From NCBI GenBank assembly GCA_049602435.1, contig JBMYRO010000001.1:62456-126455 (forward strand): a stretch of DNA of 64,000 bases. The letters are read 5' to 3'. Each line of letters starts with the position of its first letter. Within the stretch, counting starts at the first letter, position 1. The stretch comes from Hyphomicrobiales bacterium. Its GTDB lineage: Bacteria > Pseudomonadota > Alphaproteobacteria > Rhizobiales > TMED25. Below are positions 56,095-64,000 of the stretch, in pieces. The position numbers and the translations under genes are program-made. A model generated the notes under the pieces. It made no database searches and was not told the origin of the DNA. It was given only the letters and a program-made list of their open reading frames with translations.

Positions 56095-57684
56095 ATGGAA
56101 GACTTCAGTAGTATAAAAGCATGGCCTTTTATTGAGGCACAAAAAGTAATCGATAAAATAAAAGAGACAAAAACAGATACGGTTATTTTTGAAACTGGTT
56201 ATGGGCCATCTGGGCTGCCACACATAGGAACTTTTGGTGAGGTAGCGAGGACATTGATGGTCCAAAACGCATTTAAAGTTCTTACAAACAATAAGGTAAA
56301 ATCAAAACTTATATGCTTCTCAGATGACATGGATGCTCTCAGGAAAGTTCCTGATAATATACCAAACCAAGACTCCACTTCAAAACATATTGGCAAACCT
56401 CTTACAGAGGTTCCAGATCCTTTTGGGCTTTATACCAGCTTTGGAGAACATAATAATAATAGGTTAAAAAAATTCTTAGATGACTTTTCATTTGAATATG
56501 AATTTATAAGTTCCACTGACTATTACAAAGAAGGAAAGTTTAATAAAGTCCTAATTGATATCCTTCTCAATCACGAAAAGATACTCAATATTGTGAAACC
56601 CATTCTTGGGGAAGAGAGAAGAGCAAGTTACAGCCCATTTCTTCCTATATGCAAAGAAACGAGACAAGTATTTCAGGTTAAGATTAATGAAATCAATCCT
56701 ATTGATTATACAATCAGTTATACCAACCCTGTAACAGGCAAAGAGACTGAAACAGATATACTAAATGGTAACGTTAAGCTTCAATGGAGAGCTGACTGGG
56801 CGATGAGATGGAAAGCACTATCAATAAATTATGAGATGTCAGGAAAAGACCTTATTGACTCAGTAAAGCTAAGTAGTCAAATTTGTAGAGCAATTGGGGG
56901 CGAGCCGCCTGAAGGGTTCAATTATGAATTATTCCTCGATGAAAATGGTGAGAAGATATCAAAATCTCGTGGTAATGGGCTATCAATTGATGAATGGTTA
57001 AAGTATGGATCTCAAGATAGTTTATCGCTTTTTATGTACCAATCACCAAGAAAGGCAAAGAGATTATATTTTGATGTTATACCAAAAAATATGGATGAAT
57101 ATAATACACATCTCAAAAACTACAACAATACACTAAAAGAAGAGAAAACCATAAACTACGAGAATCCAGTCTGGCATATACACAATGGTAACCCTCCAAA
57201 TAATTCAATAGATATTCAATTTTCATTATTACTAAACCTGGTTAGTGCATCAAATTCTATAAATAAAGAGATCCTGTGGGGTTTTTTGAAAAATTATTAT
57301 GACGCAGACTTATTATTGAGTAATGAAATTTTGATAGATGATATGATTGGCTTTGCCATCAATTATTTTAATGATTTTGTTAAACCTAATAAAATATATA
57401 GACCTCCAACTGACAAAGAGAGGTTAGCTCTGACCGAATTAAGAGATGTTTTAGATAACTTTAGTGATGAACTCAATCCTGAAGTTATACAAACTGAAAT
57501 ATATAGAATTGGGAAAGAACACAATTTTGAACCTTTACGAGATTGGTTTAGTGCAATATACGAAGTTTTATTGGGTCAGAAGGATGGACCTAGATTTGGA
57601 TCTTTTGTATTATTATATGGCATTAAAAATACGCAAGAATTAATCACAAATGCGCTCGGAAATAAATTTATAAATAATTCATGA
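56095..57684 (+). CDS. lysK: Lysine--tRNA ligase, class I
   Basis: 529 aa with a HIGH-type motif (PSGLPHIGTFGE) and a KMSKS-type motif (GEKISKSRGNG). Confidence 0.9.
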   Translation: MEDFSSIKAWPFIEAQKVIDKIKETKTDTVIFETGYGPSGLPHIGTFGEVARTLMVQNAFKVLTNNKVKSKLICFSDDMDALRKVPDNIPNQDSTSKHIGKPLTEVPDPFGLYTSFGEHNNNRLKKFLDDFSFEYEFISSTDYYKEGKFNKVLIDILLNHEKILNIVKPILGEERRASYSPFLPICKETRQVFQVKINEINPIDYTISYTNPVTGKETETDILNGNVKLQWRADWAMRWKALSINYEMSGKDLIDSVKLSSQICRAIGGEPPEGFNYELFLDENGEKISKSRGNGLSIDEWLKYGSQDSLSLFMYQSPRKAKRLYFDVIPKNMDEYNTHLKNYNNTLKEEKTINYENPVWHIHNGNPPNNSIDIQFSLLLNLVSASNSINKEILWGFLKNYYDADLLLSNEILIDDMIGFAINYFNDFVKPNKIYRPPTDKERLALTELRDVLDNFSDELNPEVIQTEIYRIGKEHNFEPLRDWFSAIYEVLLGQKDGPRFGSFVLLYGIKNTQELITNALGNKFINNS

Positions 57685-58724
57685 GCTATTACAAAAAATT
57701 TAGAAAATTAGCATTTCTCATAGAACCAGAAAAAGCTCACCAACTTGCAATATCCTCAATAAAATTAGGTATGAAGCAACCGCCGATTGAAGACAGTGAA
57801 ACTTTCTCGCAAACAATTTTTAATAGGGAATTCAAAAATCCAATCGGACTTGCAGCTGGTTTTGATAAGAATGGTGAGGTTCCGAATGAAATTCTATCTT
57901 CAGGTTTTGGTTTCACAGAAGTGGGTACTGTTACTCCAAAACCACAAGAGGGGAATCCAAAACCCAGGGTTTTTAGACTTGAAGAAGACAATGCGGTTAT
58001 AAACCGGCTAGGCTTCAACAATGATGGTATGGATATTATTTACAGAAGGCTAAATAACCTTCAGAAGAAGGGTATAATTGGTATCAATGTTGGCGCAAAC
58101 AAAGACTCAAAGGACAAAATTAATGACTATGTAATTGGCATAGATAAGTTCGCAAAAATTGCAGATTATCTGACAATAAACATTTCATCCCCAAATACTG
58201 TGGGGCTAAGAGATTTACAGAAAGGTGAAAATTTTAATTTACTCCTCAAAACAATCTCAGAGATGAAAAAAAATGGCCTCAATACACCTATACTAATAAA
58301 ACTTGCCCCAGAATTATCAAATGATGATCTGAAAAAAATTGTATCTGGTTCTATAGCTCATAATATTGATGGTTTAATCATATCAAATACAACAATTTCA
58401 AGAGATTCGCTAAAAAGCCAAAAACACTCTTCTGAAGAGGGAGGGTTATCAGGAAAACCACTCATGAAAAAATCTACCATGATGATAAAAGAGGCATACA
58501 AATTAAGTGATGGGCGGTTGCCGTTAATTGGAGTGGGAGGCATTTTCACAGGACAAGATATTGTCGAAAAGATGATCAATGGCGCGTCTTTAATTCAACT
58601 TTACACAGCAATGATCTATGAAGGTCCTTCTCTAATCAACAACCTCAAAAGGGAACTTCAAAGTGAAATTAAGGGACTTGGTGTTAAATCAGTAACTGAA
58701 ATTATCGGTACAAATGTAAATTAG
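57681..58724 (+). CDS. pyrD: Dihydroorotate dehydrogenase (quinone), class 2
   Basis: 347 aa with GLAAGFDKNGE, TVTPKPQEGNPKPR, NISSPNT and GVGGI motifs. It overlaps lysK by 4 nt. Confidence 0.9.
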   Translation: MSYYKKFRKLAFLIEPEKAHQLAISSIKLGMKQPPIEDSETFSQTIFNREFKNPIGLAAGFDKNGEVPNEILSSGFGFTEVGTVTPKPQEGNPKPRVFRLEEDNAVINRLGFNNDGMDIIYRRLNNLQKKGIIGINVGANKDSKDKINDYVIGIDKFAKIADYLTINISSPNTVGLRDLQKGENFNLLLKTISEMKKNGLNTPILIKLAPELSNDDLKKIVSGSIAHNIDGLIISNTTISRDSLKSQKHSSEEGGLSGKPLMKKSTMMIKEAYKLSDGRLPLIGVGGIFTGQDIVEKMINGASLIQLYTAMIYEGPSLINNLKRELQSEIKGLGVKSVTEIIGTNVN

Positions 58725-58733
58725 AATTATTGT

Positions 58734-59501
58734 TTATCTAACCCTTGAGATTCCAGCCACTATTAACCCTGCTGCCCATGCTATAAGTACAGAAAATACC
58801 CCATATAATAATGGATTCTCATTTGCTTGATTGTAAATGAACTTACCGGATTGTGTTTTATTTACAAATACATTTGATACATCATTATCAACTAATTGTT
58901 GATCTTCGAAGAAATATATTGAGACTGCATACGTTCCTTCCTTGATATCCTGCGGCAATTCAATTGAAGAGCGAAATAGTCTATCTCCAATAATCCTAAT
59001 ACCTGTAAATTTTTCTGTAAATATTCCTTTTTCTCTATTTTTTTTTATAATTGCTTGATTAATAATTTTTGATTTTTCTGTATCAAAATCACTATCAAAA
59101 TTAAGGCTAGATATGCCAATTCGCTGCTCTTTTAATAAGCTTTCAGAAGCTATTCGATTAATATTCCTATTACTATAAATTGCATAAAAGCTAGGGATAT
59201 TATCTATTAACATTTCTGAGTCATTAATCCAGATACCATATTTATTTACTTTTTCTCTGACTGATAAAGACTTTGGTCTTCCTTCAACTTTAATTATGAT
59301 GTCAGATTTTGATAAATCTTGTCCGCTCATAGCACCAAAAACGAGTAATTCTTCGCCAAAGAAATTTGATCCGATTTGTATATGCGGATCATCAATCTGT
59401 GTAACCAAATCATTTTCAGAAACGACCGCATGAGATAATTGACTCATTCCAAATACAATCAGAAGAGTTATCAAAGAAAATTTTAATTTATTCAATAGCA
59501 T
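58734..59501 (-). CDS. Alphaproteobacterial TIGR02186/Alph_Pro_TM-type membrane protein
   Basis: 255 aa with a signal peptide, a long periplasmic domain and one C-terminal TM helix (LLYGVFSVLIAWAAGLIV). Its architecture and its pairing with an upstream TSUP gene match that family as I remember it. Confidence 0.65.
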   Translation of the reverse strand: MLLNKLKFSLITLLIVFGMSQLSHAVVSENDLVTQIDDPHIQIGSNFFGEELLVFGAMSGQDLSKSDIIIKVEGRPKSLSVREKVNKYGIWINDSEMLIDNIPSFYAIYSNRNINRIASESLLKEQRIGISSLNFDSDFDTEKSKIINQAIIKKNREKGIFTEKFTGIRIIGDRLFRSSIELPQDIKEGTYAVSIYFFEDQQLVDNDVSNVFVNKTQSGKFIYNQANENPLLYGVFSVLIAWAAGLIVAGISRVR

Positions 59502-60408
59502 CTGTAATCATATATATATCTTCTGGCTCAACAGCTAATTCAATTAACATTTTCGCACAAACAGCTAGTATTAATATCCCCAATAGAAATCTGAGTTGCT
59601 CAGCTTTTAACTTGTGACCTAAAGCAGCACCAATTTGTGCACCTACTACTCCACCACTCATTAATATCATTGCTAACATAACATCAACTGTCTGATTTTC
59701 ATATGCATGTAGAATGGTAACCAAACTTGTTACAAATATAATTTGATATAGGGACGTGCCAATAACAACATTAGTTGGCATACGCAATAAATAGATCATT
59801 GCAGGGACCATTATAAACCCCCCACCAACACCCATTATTGATGCCATAATACCGACAGCAACACCAATCACAATAGGCGGAATAATACTTATATATAAAC
59901 CAGATTTTTTGAATCTAATTCTCATGGGTAGACTATGAACCCATGTTCTATCTTTACGTTTTTTTACTTGAACTAATGTTTCATTTCGATGGGCAATCAT
60001 TGATCTCATCCCTTCAATGAATATTAGTGTTCCGATTGAACCCAGTAAAATTACGTATGATAAAGAAATAATTAAATCAATTTGACCAAGATTTTTTAGA
60101 TAAACAAATAGCTCAATTCCAATAAAGGATCCAATGATCCCCCCTAAAAGAAGAATGGTACCCATTTTGAAGTCAACTGCTTTTCGTCTCCAATGGGCGA
60201 ATGCACCAGAAATTGAAGATGCAACAATTTGATTTGCTTCAGTTGCAACAGCAACAATTGGCGGTATACCATAAAATATCAATAGGGGTGTCATCAAAAA
60301 ACCACCACCAACACCAAACATCCCAGATAGAATACCTACTACACCACCCATTCCAAATATCACGAAAAGATTTACGGAAACTTCAGCGATTGGTAAATAT
60401 AAATACAT
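59488..60408 (-). CDS. TSUP (TauE/SafE) family anion exporter-like membrane protein
   Basis: 306 aa, polytopic, with duplicated GxGGG motifs (GVGGGFLMTPLL and GVGGGFIMVPAM). Confidence 0.85.
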   Translation of the reverse strand: MYLYLPIAEVSVNLFVIFGMGGVVGILSGMFGVGGGFLMTPLLIFYGIPPIVAVATEANQIVASSISGAFAHWRRKAVDFKMGTILLLGGIIGSFIGIELFVYLKNLGQIDLIISLSYVILLGSIGTLIFIEGMRSMIAHRNETLVQVKKRKDRTWVHSLPMRIRFKKSGLYISIIPPIVIGVAVGIMASIMGVGGGFIMVPAMIYLLRMPTNVVIGTSLYQIIFVTSLVTILHAYENQTVDVMLAMILMSGGVVGAQIGAALGHKLKAEQLRFLLGILILAVCAKMLIELAVEPEDIYMITDAIE

Positions 60409-60556
60409 TAAACCTATAATGATCCGTGGTAGCTTATTTTATATCAATGATCTGTTACTTAATAATAGATTCTTAATTGTTAATTAGAAAAATAATTTCA
60501 TTATGTTATATTAATTCATAAACCTTAACAGATTGCAAAACAATAAGAAATACCCA

Positions 60557-61522
60557 ATGAAAATATTAGTTTTATTACTTTCATTCCTTCTCCTCATAGA
60601 GAATGCAAATGCAAATAATAAGATGATATTTGCTACAAATTGGGTTGCACAACCAGAGCATGGAGGTTTTTACCAAGCATTAGTTGATGATGAATATTCA
60701 AAATGTGGCTTAAATGTTGAAATCATTCAGGGTGGTCCCAATAGCAACAATAGAGCGAAATTAATAACAAAGAAAATTGATCTCTATATGGGAGGTAACC
60801 TCATACAGTTAATAAATGCTCGCTCTGAAAATATACCAATCAAAATGGTAGCATCTTTTTTTCAAAAAGATCCTCAAATAATTATTTCTCATCCTGACGG
60901 TAACCTAAAAAATTGGGAGAGTATTAAAGATGCAGACCCTATTTTTATTAGCGATTTAGGTCTTGTAACATTTTACAAGTGGATGGAAAAAGAGTATGGC
61001 TTTAAATCATCCAAGAGAAGACCATACTTTTTCAACCCAAGTCCATTCCTTGCGAATGTAAATTCAGCTCAACAGGGATACCTGACATCTGAACCTTATG
61101 TCATAAAGCGAGAATTAGGAATTGAGCCAAATATATTCTTATTAGCTGAGCATGGTTTTGATACATACGCAACAACCATCGAAGTGCTAGATGAGACAAT
61201 CACAAACAGGGAAGAGGATATTCAATGTTTTATAGATGCATCAAAAATTGGCTGGAGGAATTATCTATATGGAGACTCATCAAAGGCTAATGAACTAATC
61301 AAAAAAGAAAACCCCGATATGACCGATGAAAAAATTAATTATTCTATAAGCAAACTTAAACAATATGGGATCGTTGACTCAGGTGATACACTAAAAAATG
61401 GAATTGGTTATTTTTCTCCAAAAAGAATCCAAGCATTTTATAAAAAAATGTTAGAATATGATGTAGTTAAAGAGCTTGACAATATTGATGATATATTTAC
61501 TCAAAAATTTATCAAAAATTAA
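60557..61522 (+). CDS. ABC transporter substrate-binding protein, NMT1/THI5-like (NitT/TauT family)
   Basis: Signal peptide (KILVLLLSFLLLIENANA) followed by FATNWVAQPEHGGFYQA... I prefer ATG 60557 over TTG 60533. Confidence 0.75.
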   Translation: MKILVLLLSFLLLIENANANNKMIFATNWVAQPEHGGFYQALVDDEYSKCGLNVEIIQGGPNSNNRAKLITKKIDLYMGGNLIQLINARSENIPIKMVASFFQKDPQIIISHPDGNLKNWESIKDADPIFISDLGLVTFYKWMEKEYGFKSSKRRPYFFNPSPFLANVNSAQQGYLTSEPYVIKRELGIEPNIFLLAEHGFDTYATTIEVLDETITNREEDIQCFIDASKIGWRNYLYGDSSKANELIKKENPDMTDEKINYSISKLKQYGIVDSGDTLKNGIGYFSPKRIQAFYKKMLEYDVVKELDNIDDIFTQKFIKN

Positions 61523-61549
61523 TTGCACATTACCCGTACTTACTTGTTT

Positions 61550-62329
61550 ATGAAAAATTCAAATTTACCAATCAAAATAATATTAAAATTTTCTCCAGTA
61601 ATACTAATTTTAATATTGATGGTTTTTTGGGAAATTTGTATTAGATATTATCAAATACCCCAATATATACTTCCTCCACCTTCGTTCATCATAATTACGC
61701 TAATCAATGATTGGCCTATTCTTCTTCCTGCGATGACGAATACACTTGAAGTTGCTTTTTTTGGCTTCTTACTTGCTTCAACTGGTGGAATATTAATTGC
61801 GTTAGTAATGAGTTATTCAAAAATAATCCAGCACACTGTCTTACCGCTTGCAATTATATTACAAGTCACACCTATAGTCGCTATAGCACCATTAATAATT
61901 ATCTACGTAGATAATACAAAAGCAGCATTACTACTTTGTGTTTGGTTAGTTGCATTTTTCCCTGTTTTAACAAATTCTATATTTGGTTTAAATTCTGTAA
62001 ATGCAGATTTAATTGATCTGTTTAAATTATACAAAGCTTCAAAATTTAAAACCTTAGTTCATCTGAGAATTCCTAATTCAATACCGAGTATCGTAGCAGG
62101 ATTAAAAGTATCAGCTGGACTTTCACTTATTGGTGCTGTTGTAGCTGAATTTGCTGCAGGAAGCGGTGGCTCAGAGTCCGGGCTTGCTTTCAGGATTTTA
62201 GAAGCAGGATACCGTCTAAATATACCTCGAATGTTTGCTTGTTTATTTTTACTAGCAATTATTGGTATTTTATTTCATAGAATCATTGAATTTATATCAC
62301 AAAGAGTGCTTATAAAATATAAATTTTAA
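61550..62329 (+). CDS. ABC transporter permease (NitT/TauT family, BPD-type)
   Basis: About 259 aa with six TM segments and an EAA-like loop (LYKASKFKTLVHLRIPNSIP). TTG 61523 is an alternative start. No ATPase gene follows. Confidence 0.8.
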   Translation: MKNSNLPIKIILKFSPVILILILMVFWEICIRYYQIPQYILPPPSFIIITLINDWPILLPAMTNTLEVAFFGFLLASTGGILIALVMSYSKIIQHTVLPLAIILQVTPIVAIAPLIIIYVDNTKAALLLCVWLVAFFPVLTNSIFGLNSVNADLIDLFKLYKASKFKTLVHLRIPNSIPSIVAGLKVSAGLSLIGAVVAEFAAGSGGSESGLAFRILEAGYRLNIPRMFACLFLLAIIGILFHRIIEFISQRVLIKYKF

Positions 62330-62788
62330 CTAACTATCTAACAAACCATTCATAACGTAATCTATGATCTTGACCACTTGCTCTGGAGTTGATGTGACAG
62401 CCAAACTTGCTGCATCTACTTCTTTTAACGCATGTGCATGTTGTTCATCATGCATTATAACCAAGGCTTTGTTTAAACCAGAAGCATAACCCGCATCAAA
62501 AGCAGCGTTCCATTGCTTATATTTTTCACCAAATCTTACCACAACTAAATCTGCTTTTTGGATCAGGTTTCTTGTTCGGATTGCATTTATCTTAGCGCCC
62601 TTATGGTCATGCCAGAAAGAATTAGACTCCGGCCCTAAAATATTAACACCGCAATCATCACTATTTTCATGAATTGTAACTGGGCTTGTAAATTCTACAT
62701 TAAGACCCCTTTTTTCTGTTAAAGCGATTATCTGTTCACGCCAATCAGTATGGATTTCTCCAGATAAATATACATTCATTGATTTCAT
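62330..62788 (-). CDS. YtoQ family protein (nucleoside 2-deoxyribosyltransferase-like fold)
   Basis: 152 aa. VYLSGEIHTDWREQI at the N-terminus and WNAAFDAGYA are typical of YtoQ. Confidence 0.75.
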   Translation of the reverse strand: MKSMNVYLSGEIHTDWREQIIALTEKRGLNVEFTSPVTIHENSDDCGVNILGPESNSFWHDHKGAKINAIRTRNLIQKADLVVVRFGEKYKQWNAAFDAGYASGLNKALVIMHDEQHAHALKEVDAASLAVTSTPEQVVKIIDYVMNGLLDS

Positions 62789-62822
62789 AACACCTCTTAT
62801 TTCACTTTTATTATTTCTTTTA

Positions 62823-63860
62823 TTATTTAATTAGTAAGGCAGCCCTGCCTGTAACTTTGCCATCTTCTACAAGTTTATGAAGTTGCTCGGCATCTTTCAT
62901 ATTTCTAACATCTGTTACTAGCGGCCATACGTCTCCTCTTGCAACTAATTCGAGTGAGTCTATTACCTCTTGTTTAGTTGCATATCGACTTCCCATTACA
63001 ATTGCTTCTTTATTCAGAAGATCGCCGGCATACGCATTAACAACATTTTGTGGGCCACCACCTCCCAGTGTTACTAATCTTCCACCACGCCCTAAGATAG
63101 AGAAACCTAGGTTCAATGACTCTGTACTTGATACAAAATCAATAACAACATCTACTCCCATTCCATGTGTGTAATCATAGAATATCTGATTATCATTATG
63201 TTCCCTTGGGTTTATACAAATATCAGCCCCTGCTTTTTTGCATGCATCAAATTTATCACTAGCTACATCCACTGCAATCACATTACTATGCGCCCATTTT
63301 GCCATCATAACCATATGAATCCCAAGTCCACCTCCGGCTCCAATCACTGCGACAGTATCCTGAGTTTTTACCGATGCGTGTCTAATAACTTTAAATGGGG
63401 TTGCTATTGCATCACAAATAACGGCAACTTCAGCTGGATTATTCTTCCAATCAAGACCATCAGGTATTTTCAAAAAATTTTGTGACGGTAATTTCATATA
63501 CTCCGCATAAGCACCATCTACTTCCCTACCGACATAACCTCCAAAATTCTCACATAATGTTTCTCTATTATTTTGGCACCATTTACAATGACCGCATGTT
63601 AAATAAAAGTATGCCGTAACTGCATCACCAACTTTTACATTAGTCACATTTTTTCCCACTTCTTCAATTATCGCAGTAATCTCATGACCAATTATCCTTG
63701 GGTAATCCACCTCAATTCTACCAGCCCTAACATGCTGAATTGTTAATCCTGAACCACAAGCAATAATTTTAGCAACAGCTTCATTATCATTTGGTTTTGG
63801 GTCACTAACATCTTTATAAACAAAAGGGGCACCTCTTGACTCGAGAACTAAGGCTTTCAT
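62823..63860 (-). CDS. Zinc-dependent medium-chain alcohol dehydrogenase family protein
   Basis: GHE motif (IGHEITAIIEEVG), structural-zinc Cys cluster (CGHCKWCQNNRETLC) and Rossmann VAVIGAGGGLG. I prefer ATG 63860 (MKALVLE...) over TTG 63872. Confidence 0.85.
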   Translation of the reverse strand: MKALVLESRGAPFVYKDVSDPKPNDNEAVAKIIACGSGLTIQHVRAGRIEVDYPRIIGHEITAIIEEVGKNVTNVKVGDAVTAYFYLTCGHCKWCQNNRETLCENFGGYVGREVDGAYAEYMKLPSQNFLKIPDGLDWKNNPAEVAVICDAIATPFKVIRHASVKTQDTVAVIGAGGGLGIHMVMMAKWAHSNVIAVDVASDKFDACKKAGADICINPREHNDNQIFYDYTHGMGVDVVIDFVSSTESLNLGFSILGRGGRLVTLGGGGPQNVVNAYAGDLLNKEAIVMGSRYATKQEVIDSLELVARGDVWPLVTDVRNMKDAEQLHKLVEDGKVTGRAALLIK

Positions 63861-63953
63861 ACTAATCTCCAACTTAATTGCTAATTTATTATTGATACTA
63901 TAATATTAAGCAGTTTTAATAACAATAATGATATTGAGTTTAGTAGGTGAAAA

Positions 63954-64000
63954 ATGATAAAGGCAGGTCTTTTAGGCTTAGGTTGGTGGGGTAAGCTTAT
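63954..64000 (+). CDS. Start of a probable Gfo/Idh/MocA-type oxidoreductase (first 15 codons only)
   Basis: ATG 63954 is preceded by AGGTGA and encodes MIKAGLLGLGWWGKL, a Rossmann-like start resembling the other Gfo/Idh/MocA genes here. The gene is truncated by the window end. Confidence 0.5.
   Translation, partial: MIKAGLLGLGWWGKL

Noticed and set aside
60409-60556. A TPP (THI-box) riboswitch upstream of the NMT1/THI5-like binding protein.
   Set aside because: No CUGAGA or ACCUGAUCUGGAUAAUGCCAGCG-like core is present. The leader is almost pure A/T with no stable helices.
1-64000. A search for CRISPR arrays, IS elements or transposases, integrases, prophage genes, toxin-antitoxin pairs, restriction-modification systems and other defence systems.
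   Set aside because: I found no spaced direct-repeat arrays, no terminal inverted repeats flanking ORFs and no proteins with motifs typical of these functions. Apart from the clusters reported above, the window is essentially core genome.

Overview
This 64-kb window comes from a very AT-rich, extremely gene-dense chromosome. Most intergenic spacers are only tens of nt, and there are many 4-16-nt gene overlaps, including convergent genes that share stop codons. The gene content points to a streamlined alphaproteobacterium: GcrA, class-I LysRS, rnd-lptCAB-rpoN, an Alph_Pro_TM/TSUP pair, YejABEF, membrane-anchored cytochrome c and metZ. A SAR11/Pelagibacterales-like marine lineage is my inference only. 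Most of the window is core housekeeping: LPS export, rpoN, hisD, murA, kdsB, pheA, ffs-dnaX-ybaB-recR, def-fmt, truA, dapDE, rpmH-rnpA-yidC-engB, argBDF, trkH, metZ, lysK and pyrD. RNA genes found are tRNA-Phe(GAA), tRNA-Thr(GGU) and a 4.5S SRP RNA that the ORF track covers with a spurious ORF. rpmH (44 aa, TTG start) is missing from the ORF track. I saw no CRISPR array, transposase, integrase, phage gene or recognisable defence system. The main accessory feature is a 12-gene, regulator-less catabolic and uptake cluster (about 4.47-16.63 kb) wedged between rpoN and tRNA-Phe. It combines an ACMSD-type decarboxylase, a CMD/AhpD-like protein, three Gfo/Idh/MocA oxidoreductases, a TauD/TfdA dioxygenase, TerC, MmgE/PrpD, an enolase-superfamily enzyme and a DctPQM TRAP transporter. 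This combination matches no pathway I know. Other points worth a second look:
- Three conserved genes have N-termini with no ATG/GTG/TTG start, so AUU/AUC initiation is possible.
- dnaX carries an A8 slippery run.
- A perfect 12-nt palindrome sits in the island's divergent promoter.
- A GC-rich hairpin lies between dctP and dctQ.
- A small Lys-rich ORF overlaps the murA start.
- A putative muropeptide import and degradation neighbourhood (M17, NlpC/P60, YejABEF) is present.
- Two ABC permease loci lack ATPases.

All functional calls rest on my reading of the translated ORFs (motifs, family resemblance, synteny). No database search was run.
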